Assembly: GCA_017533325.1 (NCBI GenBank)
Contig: JAFXIF010000061.1
Coordinates: 28-64,027 of the forward strand
Direction: 5' to 3'
Source of the DNA: Alphaproteobacteria bacterium
Lineage (GTDB): Bacteria > Pseudomonadota > Alphaproteobacteria > CAAHEQ01 > UBA3637
Length of the DNA: 64,000 nucleotides
The notes beneath the pieces were generated by a model, which saw only the letters and a list, made by a program, of their open reading frames with translations, was not told the origin of the DNA and did not search any database. The translations under genes and the position numbers were made by a program. The first letter of the stretch is position 1; each line of letters begins with the position of its first letter. Positions 27,813 to 37,800 of the stretch are shown here, piece after piece.

Positions 27813-28428
27813 AGTTCGTAAACTCTCTTTTTTCATTTTGCGGCGGATAGATATGATTTTCTTTCCCAAGTTGAATAAGATTTAAAAAATAACTCATATT
27901 TTTTGCCAAATGATGAAGTGTTTGAATTCCTTCTTTATCGTTTTGAACATCTTGCGGTTGTGAGCCATGAACCATATTCCAATAACTTGAAGAAATAACC
28001 GGCATTTGATTTATCAAAAAATATTTTTGAATCACATCCAAACTTGCCGAAGTCCCTGCTCTTCTTGCCGAAACAAGAGCTGCTGCCGGTTTATGTGCAA
28101 AATATTTCCCGCCGGCATAAAAGAGTCTGTCCATCACGCTGAGCAATCTTCCGGATGGATGAGCATAATAAACGGGAGATGCAAAAACAAAGCCATCCGC
28201 TTCTTTTGCTTTTTCAATAATTTCATTAACGATATCTTCATATATACATTTACCATTTAATGCTGACCGACATAACCCGCATCCGGTGCAATCATGATAT
28301 TCTTTCGAACCTAACTGAATAATTTCTGTTTCAATTTTTTCTTGATTTAAAATCATCGCAACTTCGCTCAACGCAGTAAATGTGCACCCTTTTAAATTTG
28401 ATGATCCGTTTATCAATAAAACTTTCAT
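27802..28428 (-). CDS. Iron-sulfur flavoprotein-like NADPH-dependent FMN reductase family protein
   Basis: 208 aa with a flavodoxin-like fold start (MKVLLINGSSNLKG) and a compact Cys motif CTGCGLCRSALNGKC (C-x2-C-x2-C-x7-C), at the same position as the 4Fe-4S motif of Methanosarcina ISF as I recall it. The 3' end overlaps the 3' end of GT80-like copy 2 by 11 nt. Confidence 0.65.
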   Translation of the reverse strand: MKVLLINGSSNLKGCTFTALSEVAMILNQEKIETEIIQLGSKEYHDCTGCGLCRSALNGKCIYEDIVNEIIEKAKEADGFVFASPVYYAHPSGRLLSVMDRLFYAGGKYFAHKPAAALVSARRAGTSASLDVIQKYFLINQMPVISSSYWNMVHGSQPQDVQNDKEGIQTLHHLAKNMSYFLNLIQLGKENHIYPPQNEKREFTNFIR

Positions 28429-28437
28429 TTTTTCTCC

Positions 28438-29706
28438 TTATTTTTTCTTTAAAAGAACAGCATAAAAGCCATCTTGGTTCCCATTAACCCCAGGCAATAC
28501 CTGAATGGCTCCAAACTCATTAAAAAAAGGCGCCAATATTTTATTTTTCAGTGTTACACGTTCCATTTCGTTATGTTCTTTTAAAAAGGATTGAATAAGC
28601 GCTTCATTTTCTTCTTCTTGAAGTGAACAGGTTGAATAAACCAATTCCCCCTCTTTTTTTAATAAAGTAACGGCTTTTTGAAGCAATTCTTTTTGAAGCT
28701 TTGCCAACCTTAAAACATCTTCTTTTTCCCGCAGATACATTAAATCAGGATGCCGTTTCATTGTTCCTGTTGCTGAACAAGGCGCATCTAACAAGACAAA
28801 ATCATATTTCTCCTGTCCCTCAATTTCAAGCGCATCCGAACAAATAACCTGAACTTTATTTTTTAATTTTAAACGCTCAATATTTTCTTTTAACCTTTCC
28901 AGTCGATTTAAAGAAATATCATACGCATCAACAAACCCGCCTCTCATCACAAGCTGGGCTGTTTTGCCACCGGGGGCCGAACAAAGATCCGCGCCTTTTT
29001 TCTCATTAATGCAAGAAAATAATTCGGCCGGCATAGCCGCAGAGGCTTCTTGAACCCACCAAGCGCCTTCCGCATATCCTTCTAAAGAGGGAATATTTTC
29101 AGTAAAATGACAACGAACAGTCTTTTGATTTATAACGATTCCATTTAATTTTTTTGCCCATTCTTCTGGATTTTCTTTCACGGAAATGTCCAAGAAAGGT
29201 TCTGAATTAAAATATTTAACAAAGCTCCTTGTTTTTTCCTCTCCATAACAAGATATCCAACTTTCTTTTAACCAGACCGGTAGATTTTCCAATTCATCTT
29301 GCAACACATCATTAATTTTATTGCAAACGGCATGCAAAACGCCATTTACAAAGCCGGAAAAAAACTTTAACCTTAAAATTTTTGTCAATTCAACAGACGT
29401 ATCAACAACGGCATGAGGCGGTGTTTTTAAAAAATAAAGTTGCACAATGGCTAAAATTAAAATTCGTTCCACTTCCTTTTTTTTGCCGGAAAACTTTTTT
29501 TTCACATATTGAGATAAAATTTTTTTTGATTGCCCATATCTTCTTAATGTTGTTAAAACAAGAAGGCGAACAAATTTTTCATCAGCGGGCACCATTTCCT
29601 TTAAGTTTTTGCATTTGGCAAAAGCAAGGGTAATCGTTATTTTATTATCTAAAACATCTTTTAAAATTCCAAGCGCAGTCGCTCTGGTTTGAAGTGCAGG
29701 TTTCAT
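28438..29706 (-). CDS. rsmB: 16S rRNA (cytosine967-C5)-methyltransferase
   Basis: 422 aa with a NusB-like N-terminal domain and a SAM methyltransferase domain carrying DLCSAPGGKT and DAPCSATGTMKRHPD motifs. Confidence 0.85.
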   Translation of the reverse strand: MKPALQTRATALGILKDVLDNKITITLAFAKCKNLKEMVPADEKFVRLLVLTTLRRYGQSKKILSQYVKKKFSGKKKEVERILILAIVQLYFLKTPPHAVVDTSVELTKILRLKFFSGFVNGVLHAVCNKINDVLQDELENLPVWLKESWISCYGEEKTRSFVKYFNSEPFLDISVKENPEEWAKKLNGIVINQKTVRCHFTENIPSLEGYAEGAWWVQEASAAMPAELFSCINEKKGADLCSAPGGKTAQLVMRGGFVDAYDISLNRLERLKENIERLKLKNKVQVICSDALEIEGQEKYDFVLLDAPCSATGTMKRHPDLMYLREKEDVLRLAKLQKELLQKAVTLLKKEGELVYSTCSLQEEENEALIQSFLKEHNEMERVTLKNKILAPFFNEFGAIQVLPGVNGNQDGFYAVLLKKK

Positions 29707-29720
29707 TGATCACATCCTAT

Positions 29721-29752
29721 AAAAAAGAGAGGCCGGGGCCTCTCTTTTCTTT
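29721..29752 (-). terminator. Rho-independent terminator after ftsZ
   Basis: GC-rich hairpin gagaggcc/ggcctctc followed (on the minus strand) by a U-run. It lies between the ftsZ stop and the rsmB start. Confidence 0.55.
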
Positions 29753-29757
29753 TTTTA

Positions 29758-31320
29758 TTAACCCCGTCTTAAAAATGCCGGTAAATCATCCGTATCAAAT
29801 GGATTATCCATATTCAAATCATCTGAATTGTGACCACTCGTTCCAACAGAAGAAGCCGCTGCCGGCACTTGCATTTTATTCTTTTTACCGGGGCTGAAAA
29901 TATCTATCCAACTGCTCCCTTTAGTCTGTTTAACATTATTATCCACTTTTTTCGATTCAATATCAATCGGCGGTTGAATATCAGCTTTAAGAGGAACATT
30001 CACTGGTGCTTTCATTATCGGAACTTCCTCATTAATTAATAATGGTTGTTCATTTTGAGGTTTACTGGCCAAATCAATTGCCATTTCCACTCCTTTATAA
30101 GCTTCCTCACCGATTGCTTCACGAACAACATTTTCAAACCGTTCATTTTCAGGTAATTCTTGTTGTTCATTAATCAATGATAATTGCTCCGGTTTATTGT
30201 CAAAAACAGGCTTAATCGATGATTGTTGAGCCGTTTCATCAACAGGAACGGCAACAATTTGTTCTTGAGAAGTTACAACTTTATTATTTGAAGTTGTTTC
30301 CAGGGCAGGCAATTCATCAATTCCCGTTGCAACAATAGAAATACGAATCATTCCATGCAAGGCTTCATCCGCGCAAGTTCCAAAAATGATATTCGCATCT
30401 TCTTCACCTAATTCTTCTCTAATCCGCTCAGCTGCTAAATCAACTTCAGCTAAAGTTAAATCCAAACCACCCGAAATATTAAGAAGAACACTTTTGGCTC
30501 CACGAATGGAAGAATCATCTAAAAGCGGATTTGAAATTGCTTTTTCAACAGCGATTTCAGCTCTGTTTTCACCGGTGGCTTCGCCGGTTCCCATCATCGC
30601 TCTTCCCATTGAAGAAAGAACGGTTTTAACGTCAGCAAAATCAAGGTTAATCATGCCCGGACGAATAATCAAATCGGTAATAGAGCGAACCCCTTGACAT
30701 AACACCCCGTCAGCTGTTTTAAAAGCATCAGCAAATGTTGTGCTGTTTGAAACAACTCTAAATAAGTTTTGGTTTGGAATCACAAGGAGCGTATCCACAT
30801 ATTTTTTAAGTTCAGCTAAACCGTTATTGGCTGTTCGCATCCGTTTACTACCTTCAAATTGAAATGGTTTAGAAACAACACCAACAGTTAAAATTCCCAT
30901 TTCTTTGGCAATTCTTGCAATAACAGGCGCAGCACCCGTTCCGGTTCCACCACCCATACCGGCGGTGATAAATAAAAGATGCAATCCTTTTAAACATTCG
31001 GTAATTCTTTCAACGGTTTCTTCGGCAGCCGCACGCCCGACTTCGGGATTTGCACCGGCACCTAAGCCTTGTGTTAAAGCAACACCTAATTGTATCCGTT
31101 CGGAAACAAGAGATCTTGAAAGGGCTTGAGCATCCGTATTGGCAACAAAAAAGGAAACACCGCTCAGCTCAGTTGCCACCATATTATTAACAGCATTTCC
31201 ACCAGCTCCACCAACACCAATAACACCGATATTCGGCGTTAACAAAACTTCAGGCGGTTGTGTCGCCAACCCAATTGACAAGCTGTTTTCATTTGAATCT
31301 AAAAATTCTGAACTAACCAT
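29758..31320 (-). CDS. ftsZ: Cell division protein FtsZ
   Basis: The tubulin signature [26 protein letters not shown], a long disordered linker, and the conserved C-terminal peptide [10 protein letters not shown]. Confidence 0.97.
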   Translation of the reverse strand: MVSSEFLDSNENSLSIGLATQPPEVLLTPNIGVIGVGGAGGNAVNNMVATELSGVSFFVANTDAQALSRSLVSERIQLGVALTQGLGAGANPEVGRAAAEETVERITECLKGLHLLFITAGMGGGTGTGAAPVIARIAKEMGILTVGVVSKPFQFEGSKRMRTANNGLAELKKYVDTLLVIPNQNLFRVVSNSTTFADAFKTADGVLCQGVRSITDLIIRPGMINLDFADVKTVLSSMGRAMMGTGEATGENRAEIAVEKAISNPLLDDSSIRGAKSVLLNISGGLDLTLAEVDLAAERIREELGEEDANIIFGTCADEALHGMIRISIVATGIDELPALETTSNNKVVTSQEQIVAVPVDETAQQSSIKPVFDNKPEQLSLINEQQELPENERFENVVREAIGEEAYKGVEMAIDLASKPQNEQPLLINEEVPIMKAPVNVPLKADIQPPIDIESKKVDNNVKQTKGSSWIDIFSPGKKNKMQVPAAASSVGTSGHNSDDLNMDNPFDTDDLPAFLRRG

Positions 31321-32549
31321 TGTGAAACCTTTCCAAATAAACCCTTTTTTTGCTCTCCTTGTGTTGAAAATTTTTCATTCAACAAACTTTTCTCTTTTAT
31401 CATTACATATTTTAACAAGCCAATGCAAGTAGAAAATGTATATGGTTCAAATTGTTTAGGCAATCCGCGTATATTATCCGGCTTTCCTTGTCTGGCAACG
31501 CCACCAAATGTGTTCATCACCTTATCTTTAAGCCCTAAAAGCATACTTCCGCCGCCATTTAACACAATATGCTTTGTTGCAATGACGAATCGGGGATATT
31601 TTTGAAAAATCTTACCGACATTTTCCAAAACTTCATCTAATCTCGGTAAAATAACAGAAATCAAATCTGACTTTGGAACTTGCATATTTTGATTTTCTTC
31701 CCCTAATACCGGAACAATCAACCTATCCATACTATCTCGAATGGATTCAAAAGCCGCTCCATGTAATGTTTTAAGACGTTCTGCCACAGAAAAAGAACAT
31801 CCCAACCCTCTGGCAATATCTTTTGAGAAAATAGTTCCCCCTTGAGGAACAATATCTAAATGAACCAAACCGCCTTCTAAAAAAATGGCAACAGAGGTTG
31901 TTCCTGCCCCAAAATCAACAACAGTTGCCCCAATTTCTTTTTCTTCATCAGTAATTGTTGCCAAAGCAGAGGCGTAAGGTGTTGCCACTTTCATATCAAT
32001 AGACACATGATGCCTGTCTAATGCCGCCACTAAATTTCTTGATTGACTTTCCGGCAACACAATCACATGCATGTGAACACCAAGCTTATGCCCATATAAG
32101 CCTCTTGGATCTGAAATGCCCGGTTCTTTATCAACCGTATAACTTAACGGAAAAGCATGAATAACTTCATCTCCCTCAGAAAGACAAGAAGTTACAACGC
32201 CATCCACCAATCTTTTAACATCATTCGCTGAAATAGGCCGCCCATCGCTGATATCAACTTCTTTATGAATATGGCAGGACTTTAATTGCGTTGATGAAAT
32301 ATTAACAACGACACTGCCGATTTGTCTTTCCGTTTGTTTTTCAAGTTCTGACAACGCCGCGCGAATAGAGTCTGCCGCCAAGTCTAAATTCACAATGGCA
32401 CCGGCATTAATCCCTCTGGAAGGCGCATAACCCGTTCCGATAACTTCCGGATGTCCATCCGAATTAAAACGGACAGACATACAACAAATTTTACTTGTGC
32501 CGACATCTAATAACGTTATAACCGATTTCAATTTATTTTTTTTTGCCAT
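31299..32549 (-). CDS. ftsA: Cell division protein FtsA
   Basis: 416 aa in the actin-like ATPase family ([23 protein letters not shown]), located between ftsQ and ftsZ. Confidence 0.95.
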   Translation of the reverse strand: MAKKNKLKSVITLLDVGTSKICCMSVRFNSDGHPEVIGTGYAPSRGINAGAIVNLDLAADSIRAALSELEKQTERQIGSVVVNISSTQLKSCHIHKEVDISDGRPISANDVKRLVDGVVTSCLSEGDEVIHAFPLSYTVDKEPGISDPRGLYGHKLGVHMHVIVLPESQSRNLVAALDRHHVSIDMKVATPYASALATITDEEKEIGATVVDFGAGTTSVAIFLEGGLVHLDIVPQGGTIFSKDIARGLGCSFSVAERLKTLHGAAFESIRDSMDRLIVPVLGEENQNMQVPKSDLISVILPRLDEVLENVGKIFQKYPRFVIATKHIVLNGGGSMLLGLKDKVMNTFGGVARQGKPDNIRGLPKQFEPYTFSTCIGLLKYVMIKEKSLLNEKFSTQGEQKKGLFGKVSQWLVQNF

Positions 32550-32563
32550 TTTGTCTCTCTTTT

Positions 32564-33346
32564 TTATTTCAAGGATGAATTGCTTTTAACAATTAAACGA
32601 TCCGGTAATTTTAAATCAATCACCTTGATATCCCGATTTAAAATATCCCCTTCTTCTTTAAATTTTGTTAAGCGGGCAAGCGCCTCTTTTATTCCTGTTT
32701 CCGGCAAACGGATTTCAAGGCCGTTTTCCGCATCATTTAAATAAAGATTCCACCTTCTTTTTCCAACTCGGACTGCCGATCTTGTAACCGAGGCAATATC
32801 CGGATAATTATTCAATATTTCAATTAATTCAGGCGTATGCTCCGGCGCATCTTCCCCCACAACCAACAACACGTTTTTAAGCAATGTTTTATCATCTAAA
32901 ATAGCTTCACCGTTTTCATCAATCGGCCAATATTTCTTTTTATTTTGCCAAACGGCAATGGGTTTCTTTTCCGTTACACTGATTAAAATTTGTGTTGGCA
33001 AATGGCGCTCAATACGAACGGTTTTTATCCAAGGCAATTCCAAAACGGATTGTTTTTCCTTTTCCAAATCAATTTCAAAAATAGGCATACCCTGTCTTAA
33101 ATTGAGCTTGGCATTTAAATCATTTAACTTCGTTCGAATATGCCCTTCCACCACAACGCGTTCTAAATTAAAATGAGCTTTTTGAACACAAAGATTGACC
33201 GCTTTTTGGCCAACTTGTTGAACATCTTTTCCCACCGGCGAAAAAGAAAGAGCGACACCGGCAATCAAAAGTCCAAAAACGATAAACCCGATAATTTTCA
33301 GTTTCAAAAATTTATTTTTTCTTTTCTTTTGTCTTCTTTTTTTCAT
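32564..33346 (-). CDS. ftsQ: Cell division protein FtsQ
   Basis: 260 aa with a basic N-terminus, a single TM segment and a POTRA-like region (VVVEGHIRTKLNDL), in the canonical dcw position. Confidence 0.8.
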   Translation of the reverse strand: MKKRRQKKRKNKFLKLKIIGFIVFGLLIAGVALSFSPVGKDVQQVGQKAVNLCVQKAHFNLERVVVEGHIRTKLNDLNAKLNLRQGMPIFEIDLEKEKQSVLELPWIKTVRIERHLPTQILISVTEKKPIAVWQNKKKYWPIDENGEAILDDKTLLKNVLLVVGEDAPEHTPELIEILNNYPDIASVTRSAVRVGKRRWNLYLNDAENGLEIRLPETGIKEALARLTKFKEEGDILNRDIKVIDLKLPDRLIVKSNSSLK

Positions 33347-34278
33347 TTTTCAAAATCCGCTTGTTTAATAAGATATTCAATAAGTTGATTATAAGAGATT
33401 CCTTTATGTAAAGCAAGCTCCGGAACCAAAGATAAATCAGTTAATCCGGGATGCGTGTTAATTTCCAAAAAAACAACTCTGTTTTCTTTATCATCATATC
33501 GAAAATCGCATCTTGTTGCACCACGACATCCTAAAAAAGAATGCATTTTTAAAGCTGCTTCATGAAGCTTTTTTATCACATCATCCGATAAATTTGAAGG
33601 GAAAAGATGTTCTGTTTTGCCCTTTTTATATTTATGCTCATAATCATAAAAACCATCTTTGGGAACAAGCTCAATAATCCCCAAAACATCTTCATCCAAA
33701 ACTCCAACGGAAAATTCTCGTCCATTAATGTATTCTTCAACAACAAATGTCTTCCCAAGCAAAACTTCTTGTTTCACTTCATCTGGAATCCGATCTCCTT
33801 TTTTTAAAATTATAACACCGACTGAAGAGCCTTCTTGATTTGGTTTTATCACACAATCAAAATCTGTTTCACTTGTTTTTAAAATCCATTCATTTGCCGG
33901 AATAATCCCTTTAGCCACCTCAATATTTAAAGAAGCCGCAACAGCTTTACAAGCCGTTTTATTCATACCAAGGGCAGAAGCAAAAAAACCAGAATGAGTG
34001 TAAGGAATTTTTATCATGTCTAAAAAAGCCGGGATATGACCGTTTTCGCCCCACCCGCCATGCAAAGCATTAAAAACAACAAAAGGCTTTTCTTTATCAA
34101 TAAGTTTTTTTAAAGAATCAATTCCTTGTTGCATGTCAAATAAAAGAACTTTATATCCAAGCTTTTTCAAGGCTTTTTGAACACTGGCCGAACTTTTAAA
34201 AGAAATTTCTCTTTCCGCAGAAATACCGCCTTCCAAAACTAAAACCGGAGAATCTTTTTCATTTTTACTCATCTTCAA
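33343..34278 (-). CDS. ddl: D-alanine--D-alanine ligase
   Basis: 311 aa with an ATP-grasp fold. Motifs: FNALHGGWGENG, EEYINGREFSVGVL, FLEINTHPGLT. Confidence 0.95.
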   Translation of the reverse strand: MKMSKNEKDSPVLVLEGGISAEREISFKSSASVQKALKKLGYKVLLFDMQQGIDSLKKLIDKEKPFVVFNALHGGWGENGHIPAFLDMIKIPYTHSGFFASALGMNKTACKAVAASLNIEVAKGIIPANEWILKTSETDFDCVIKPNQEGSSVGVIILKKGDRIPDEVKQEVLLGKTFVVEEYINGREFSVGVLDEDVLGIIELVPKDGFYDYEHKYKKGKTEHLFPSNLSDDVIKKLHEAALKMHSFLGCRGATRCDFRYDDKENRVVFLEINTHPGLTDLSLVPELALHKGISYNQLIEYLIKQADFEK

Positions 34279-35227
34279 CTCCCAATTTTTTCACTTCCCA
34301 TTCTAAAGAAACACCCTCTTTTTCCAAAACAACCTGACGGATTTTTTCTCCTAATGTTTCAATATCTTTTGCTGTTGCTTTACCGGTATTAATTAAAAAG
34401 TTTGCATGTTTATCACTGACAACGGCTCCACCCACTTTAGCATTTTTCATTCCTGATTTTTCAATCAGTTGCCAAGCCGATAAGCCTTGCGGATTTTTAA
34501 AAGTTGATCCGGCCGTTCTGACCCCTTTTGGTTGTCCGGCATCTCTTTTTTGTTTATTTAAATTCATGCGTTCGGTAATCAGTTGATTATCCGTTTCTTT
34601 TTTTCCTTTTAAAACAGCTTCCAAAAAAATCCAATCACTTGGCAAATGACAGCAACGATAAGAAAAAGCGTCCAAGAGCTCGTCTTTTTGAAATTCTTTG
34701 ATATGCCCTTCTTTTGTTAAAACAGTTAACTTTTCCAACACATCAAAAAGGCTTGATCCATAGGCCCCTGCATTCATTCTGATCCCGCCGCCAAGAGAGC
34801 CCGGTATCCCACATAAAAATTCAAATCCGCTAATTGAATTTTTCTGAGCCACTCTGGAAACATCCATAACCAATGCCCCTGCTTTCACAATCAGTTTATC
34901 ATCTTCAACAACTTCTATCTTTGAAAAAGCCTTTCCAAGTTTAATTGTAACCCCGGGAATCCCCCCATCTCTGATTAAAACATTACTGCCGGCTCCAAGC
35001 AATGTTATCGGAACGGATTTTAAATTTAAAATCATTGTCTTTAAATCATCAATATCAGCCGGTTCAAAATAAACATCTGCCGCACCGCCGACACCAAACC
35101 AATTTTTCTTTGAAAGCGGTTCATTAAATAATAAAACACCCCTGACTTTTGGCAATGATGAAACCAATGAGTCATTTTTATTTTTAAAATTCTTTAAAAA
35201 TCGCTTTAAAAAGGTGCGCTTTGCCAT
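34265..35227 (-). CDS. murB: UDP-N-acetylenolpyruvoylglucosamine reductase
   Basis: 320 aa with FAD-binding motifs (WFGVGGAADVYFEP, LGAGSNVLIRDGG), GAGSTFKNP and VSDKHANFLIN. Confidence 0.9.
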   Translation of the reverse strand: MAKRTFLKRFLKNFKNKNDSLVSSLPKVRGVLLFNEPLSKKNWFGVGGAADVYFEPADIDDLKTMILNLKSVPITLLGAGSNVLIRDGGIPGVTIKLGKAFSKIEVVEDDKLIVKAGALVMDVSRVAQKNSISGFEFLCGIPGSLGGGIRMNAGAYGSSLFDVLEKLTVLTKEGHIKEFQKDELLDAFSYRCCHLPSDWIFLEAVLKGKKETDNQLITERMNLNKQKRDAGQPKGVRTAGSTFKNPQGLSAWQLIEKSGMKNAKVGGAVVSDKHANFLINTGKATAKDIETLGEKIRQVVLEKEGVSLEWEVKKLGVEDE

Positions 35228-36621
35228 TATTTTTTCAACCCCTTCTCTTTTTTCAAAAGTTGCGTTACTTCAGCTGAAATCGACCCCGCCCCTAAACAAA
35301 CAATCGTATCGGATGGGGACAATAAGGAAGCTGTTTCTTTTAAACCTTCAATCGATGCTAAATAAGAAGCTTTTTTCCCTTTTAATCCAAGCCCTTGAAC
35401 AAACGCCGGCGCCGTTACCCCCGGTATCATCGTTTCACCGGCCGCATAAACATCTAATACAAGCACTTCATCAGCAGCACTAAAACAAGTTAAAAAATCA
35501 TCCCATAAATCACTAAATCTGGAATATCGATGTGGCTGAAAAACTGCAACGATTTTGCCTTTTACCGAACTTTTAACAGCCTCAAGAGTTGCTTTAATTT
35601 CAATTGGGTGATGCGCATAATCATCATAAACTTTTACTTTATTTAAAACCCCTCTCAATGTTAATCTTCGTTGAATGCCTTCAAACGTTGAAAGCGCTTT
35701 TTTAATGACAGATTCGGAAATTCCCAATCTTAAAGAAACGGCAATCGCTGCCAAGGCATTTAAAACATTATGTTTGCCAAACATTGCCAATTTAACATCT
35801 TTAATCTTTTTAAATTTAGAGCCATTTCTCACAAAAACATCAAAAATAATACCATCTGATCCCATTCGAATATGATCCGCATGAACATCCGCTTGTTTAT
35901 TTAATCCGTATGAAACAATTCGTCTTGTATCAATATCTTTGATAACTTCTTTAACCGTTTCATGATCGGTGCAAACAACCGAAAAGCCATAAAAAGCCGT
36001 ATTTTGAATAAACAGCCCATAAGCTTTTTTCATATTATCAAAAGTTTTATAATGATCCATGTGTTCCGGATCAATATTTGTAACAACGCTAATTGTGGTC
36101 GGTAATTTTAAAAATGAGCCATCCGATTCATCTGCTTCAACAACAACATAATCCCCTTTTCCAAGTCTGGCGTTCGAAGATTGCGAATTTAAAATACCCC
36201 CGATAACAAAACTCGGTTTTAATTTTGCTTGCATTAAAATACTGGCTAAAAGAGAAGAAGTTGTTGTTTTGCCATGCGTTCCGGACACACAAATGCTTCT
36301 TTTATAATTTAAAATTTCAGCCAACATTTCTGAGCGGTGTCCAACAGGAATACCAAGTCTTCTGGCTTCAAGTAACTCGGGGTTATCCGGTTTGATGGCA
36401 CTTGAAATAACAACGGCATCCACTCCTTTTAAATTTTCTTTTTTATGCCCGATAAAGACAGGAATACCACTTTTTTGAACCCGTTTGGTATTTGCACTTT
36501 CTTTGGCATCCGAACCTTGAACAAAAAGACCTAAATCTACAAGCATTTCCGCAATGGCACTCATACCGATACCACCAATACCGATAAAGTGAATTTTTTT
36601 TAACGGACAAGAAAGTTTCAT
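35227..36621 (-). CDS. murC: UDP-N-acetylmuramate--L-alanine ligase
   Basis: 464 aa. Motifs: HFIGIGGIGMSAIAE, VSGTHGKTTTSSL, DDYAHHP. Confidence 0.95.
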   Translation of the reverse strand: MKLSCPLKKIHFIGIGGIGMSAIAEMLVDLGLFVQGSDAKESANTKRVQKSGIPVFIGHKKENLKGVDAVVISSAIKPDNPELLEARRLGIPVGHRSEMLAEILNYKRSICVSGTHGKTTTSSLLASILMQAKLKPSFVIGGILNSQSSNARLGKGDYVVVEADESDGSFLKLPTTISVVTNIDPEHMDHYKTFDNMKKAYGLFIQNTAFYGFSVVCTDHETVKEVIKDIDTRRIVSYGLNKQADVHADHIRMGSDGIIFDVFVRNGSKFKKIKDVKLAMFGKHNVLNALAAIAVSLRLGISESVIKKALSTFEGIQRRLTLRGVLNKVKVYDDYAHHPIEIKATLEAVKSSVKGKIVAVFQPHRYSRFSDLWDDFLTCFSAADEVLVLDVYAAGETMIPGVTAPAFVQGLGLKGKKASYLASIEGLKETASLLSPSDTIVCLGAGSISAEVTQLLKKEKGLKK

Positions 36622-37779
36622 TTATAAACCTCCTTCTTGTTTGCCATTTTCAATAATTTTTTTAACTTCATCAACCACGCTTTGAGCAGCTTTCGGCATC
36701 GCTCTTGAATAACTTTGCGCCGCTGCAATAGAGAGCTCTTTCGGATTTTTCATTAATTCAGCCAACTGTTCTGAAACGCGCAATGAGCTGAATCCTTTTT
36801 CCGGAATAAGCCACCCTGCACCACTATCGCAAAAACCGGCTGCATTTTCCGTTTGGTGATCATCTGCAGCTGTCGGCAATGGCACAATCATAGCAGGTCG
36901 TCCAACAATTTCAAGCTCTGTAATCGTTGAAGCGCCACCTCTTGCAACAACCAAATGAGCTTGCTCCAACAAGTCGGGCATATTATCAAAAAATGATTCA
37001 ACGGTCACTTTTTTAAATGGCTGACCTTTATAAATATTGCGAACATATTCAATATCTTCAGGTCTTGCTTGTTGTGTTAAAACAAGTTTTTCTTTCAGTT
37101 CAGTTGGTAATTGAAGCAAAACTTCAGGAAAAACACGGCTGAAAAAAGAAGCGCCCTGACTTCCCCCAAAAACAAGAAGATTAAAATCTTTACCTTTTGG
37201 CGGATAAGGGGAATTTTCTTTTTCTAAAATTTGATTTCTTGCCGGCATACCCACTCTTAAAGTCACTGCATTTGCCGGAATTCTTTTTGTCGGCATAAAT
37301 GAAGTTGCAATCAAACAAGCCCCTTTTGCCAAAATACGATTTGCGCGCCCCAACACCGCATTTTGTTCATGCAAAACAACGGGGATACGCCACAAATGAG
37401 CCGCCAAAACAGCCGGAAAAGAAGCATAACCTCCCACACCGATTACAGCAGCCGGTTTTAATTTTTGAAGCAAGCAAAGCGCTTGAACGGCTCCAAAAAA
37501 TAATTTCATGGCAGCGATACCTTTATGAAAAACCGTGCGCCTTGCAACCGCTTCAGACATTAATTTATATGTTTCAACACCCGGAAGTGACGCAAAAGCC
37601 TTTCCTCTTTTATCCGTTACAAACACCACTTTATATCCACTTTTTAACAAAGCAGAACAAATCGATTCAGCCGGAAAAATATGCCCCCCGCTTCCACCGG
37701 TTGTAACCACAATCAAGGGTGCATTCTTTTTCTCATGAGTTTTTTTCTTTTCTTGATTTCTATATCTTTTATGTCCCAT
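36622..37779 (-). CDS. murG: UDP-N-acetylglucosamine--N-acetylmuramyl-(pentapeptide) pyrophosphoryl-undecaprenol GlcNAc transferase
   Basis: 385 aa. Motifs: TGGSGGHIFPA, ARGGASTITELEIVGRPAMIVPLP, DDHQTENA. Confidence 0.9.
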   Translation of the reverse strand: MGHKRYRNQEKKKTHEKKNAPLIVVTTGGSGGHIFPAESICSALLKSGYKVVFVTDKRGKAFASLPGVETYKLMSEAVARRTVFHKGIAAMKLFFGAVQALCLLQKLKPAAVIGVGGYASFPAVLAAHLWRIPVVLHEQNAVLGRANRILAKGACLIATSFMPTKRIPANAVTLRVGMPARNQILEKENSPYPPKGKDFNLLVFGGSQGASFFSRVFPEVLLQLPTELKEKLVLTQQARPEDIEYVRNIYKGQPFKKVTVESFFDNMPDLLEQAHLVVARGGASTITELEIVGRPAMIVPLPTAADDHQTENAAGFCDSGAGWLIPEKGFSSLRVSEQLAELMKNPKELSIAAAQSYSRAMPKAAQSVVDEVKKIIENGKQEGGL

Positions 37780-37800
37780 TTTGTATCCTTTTAAAATAAA

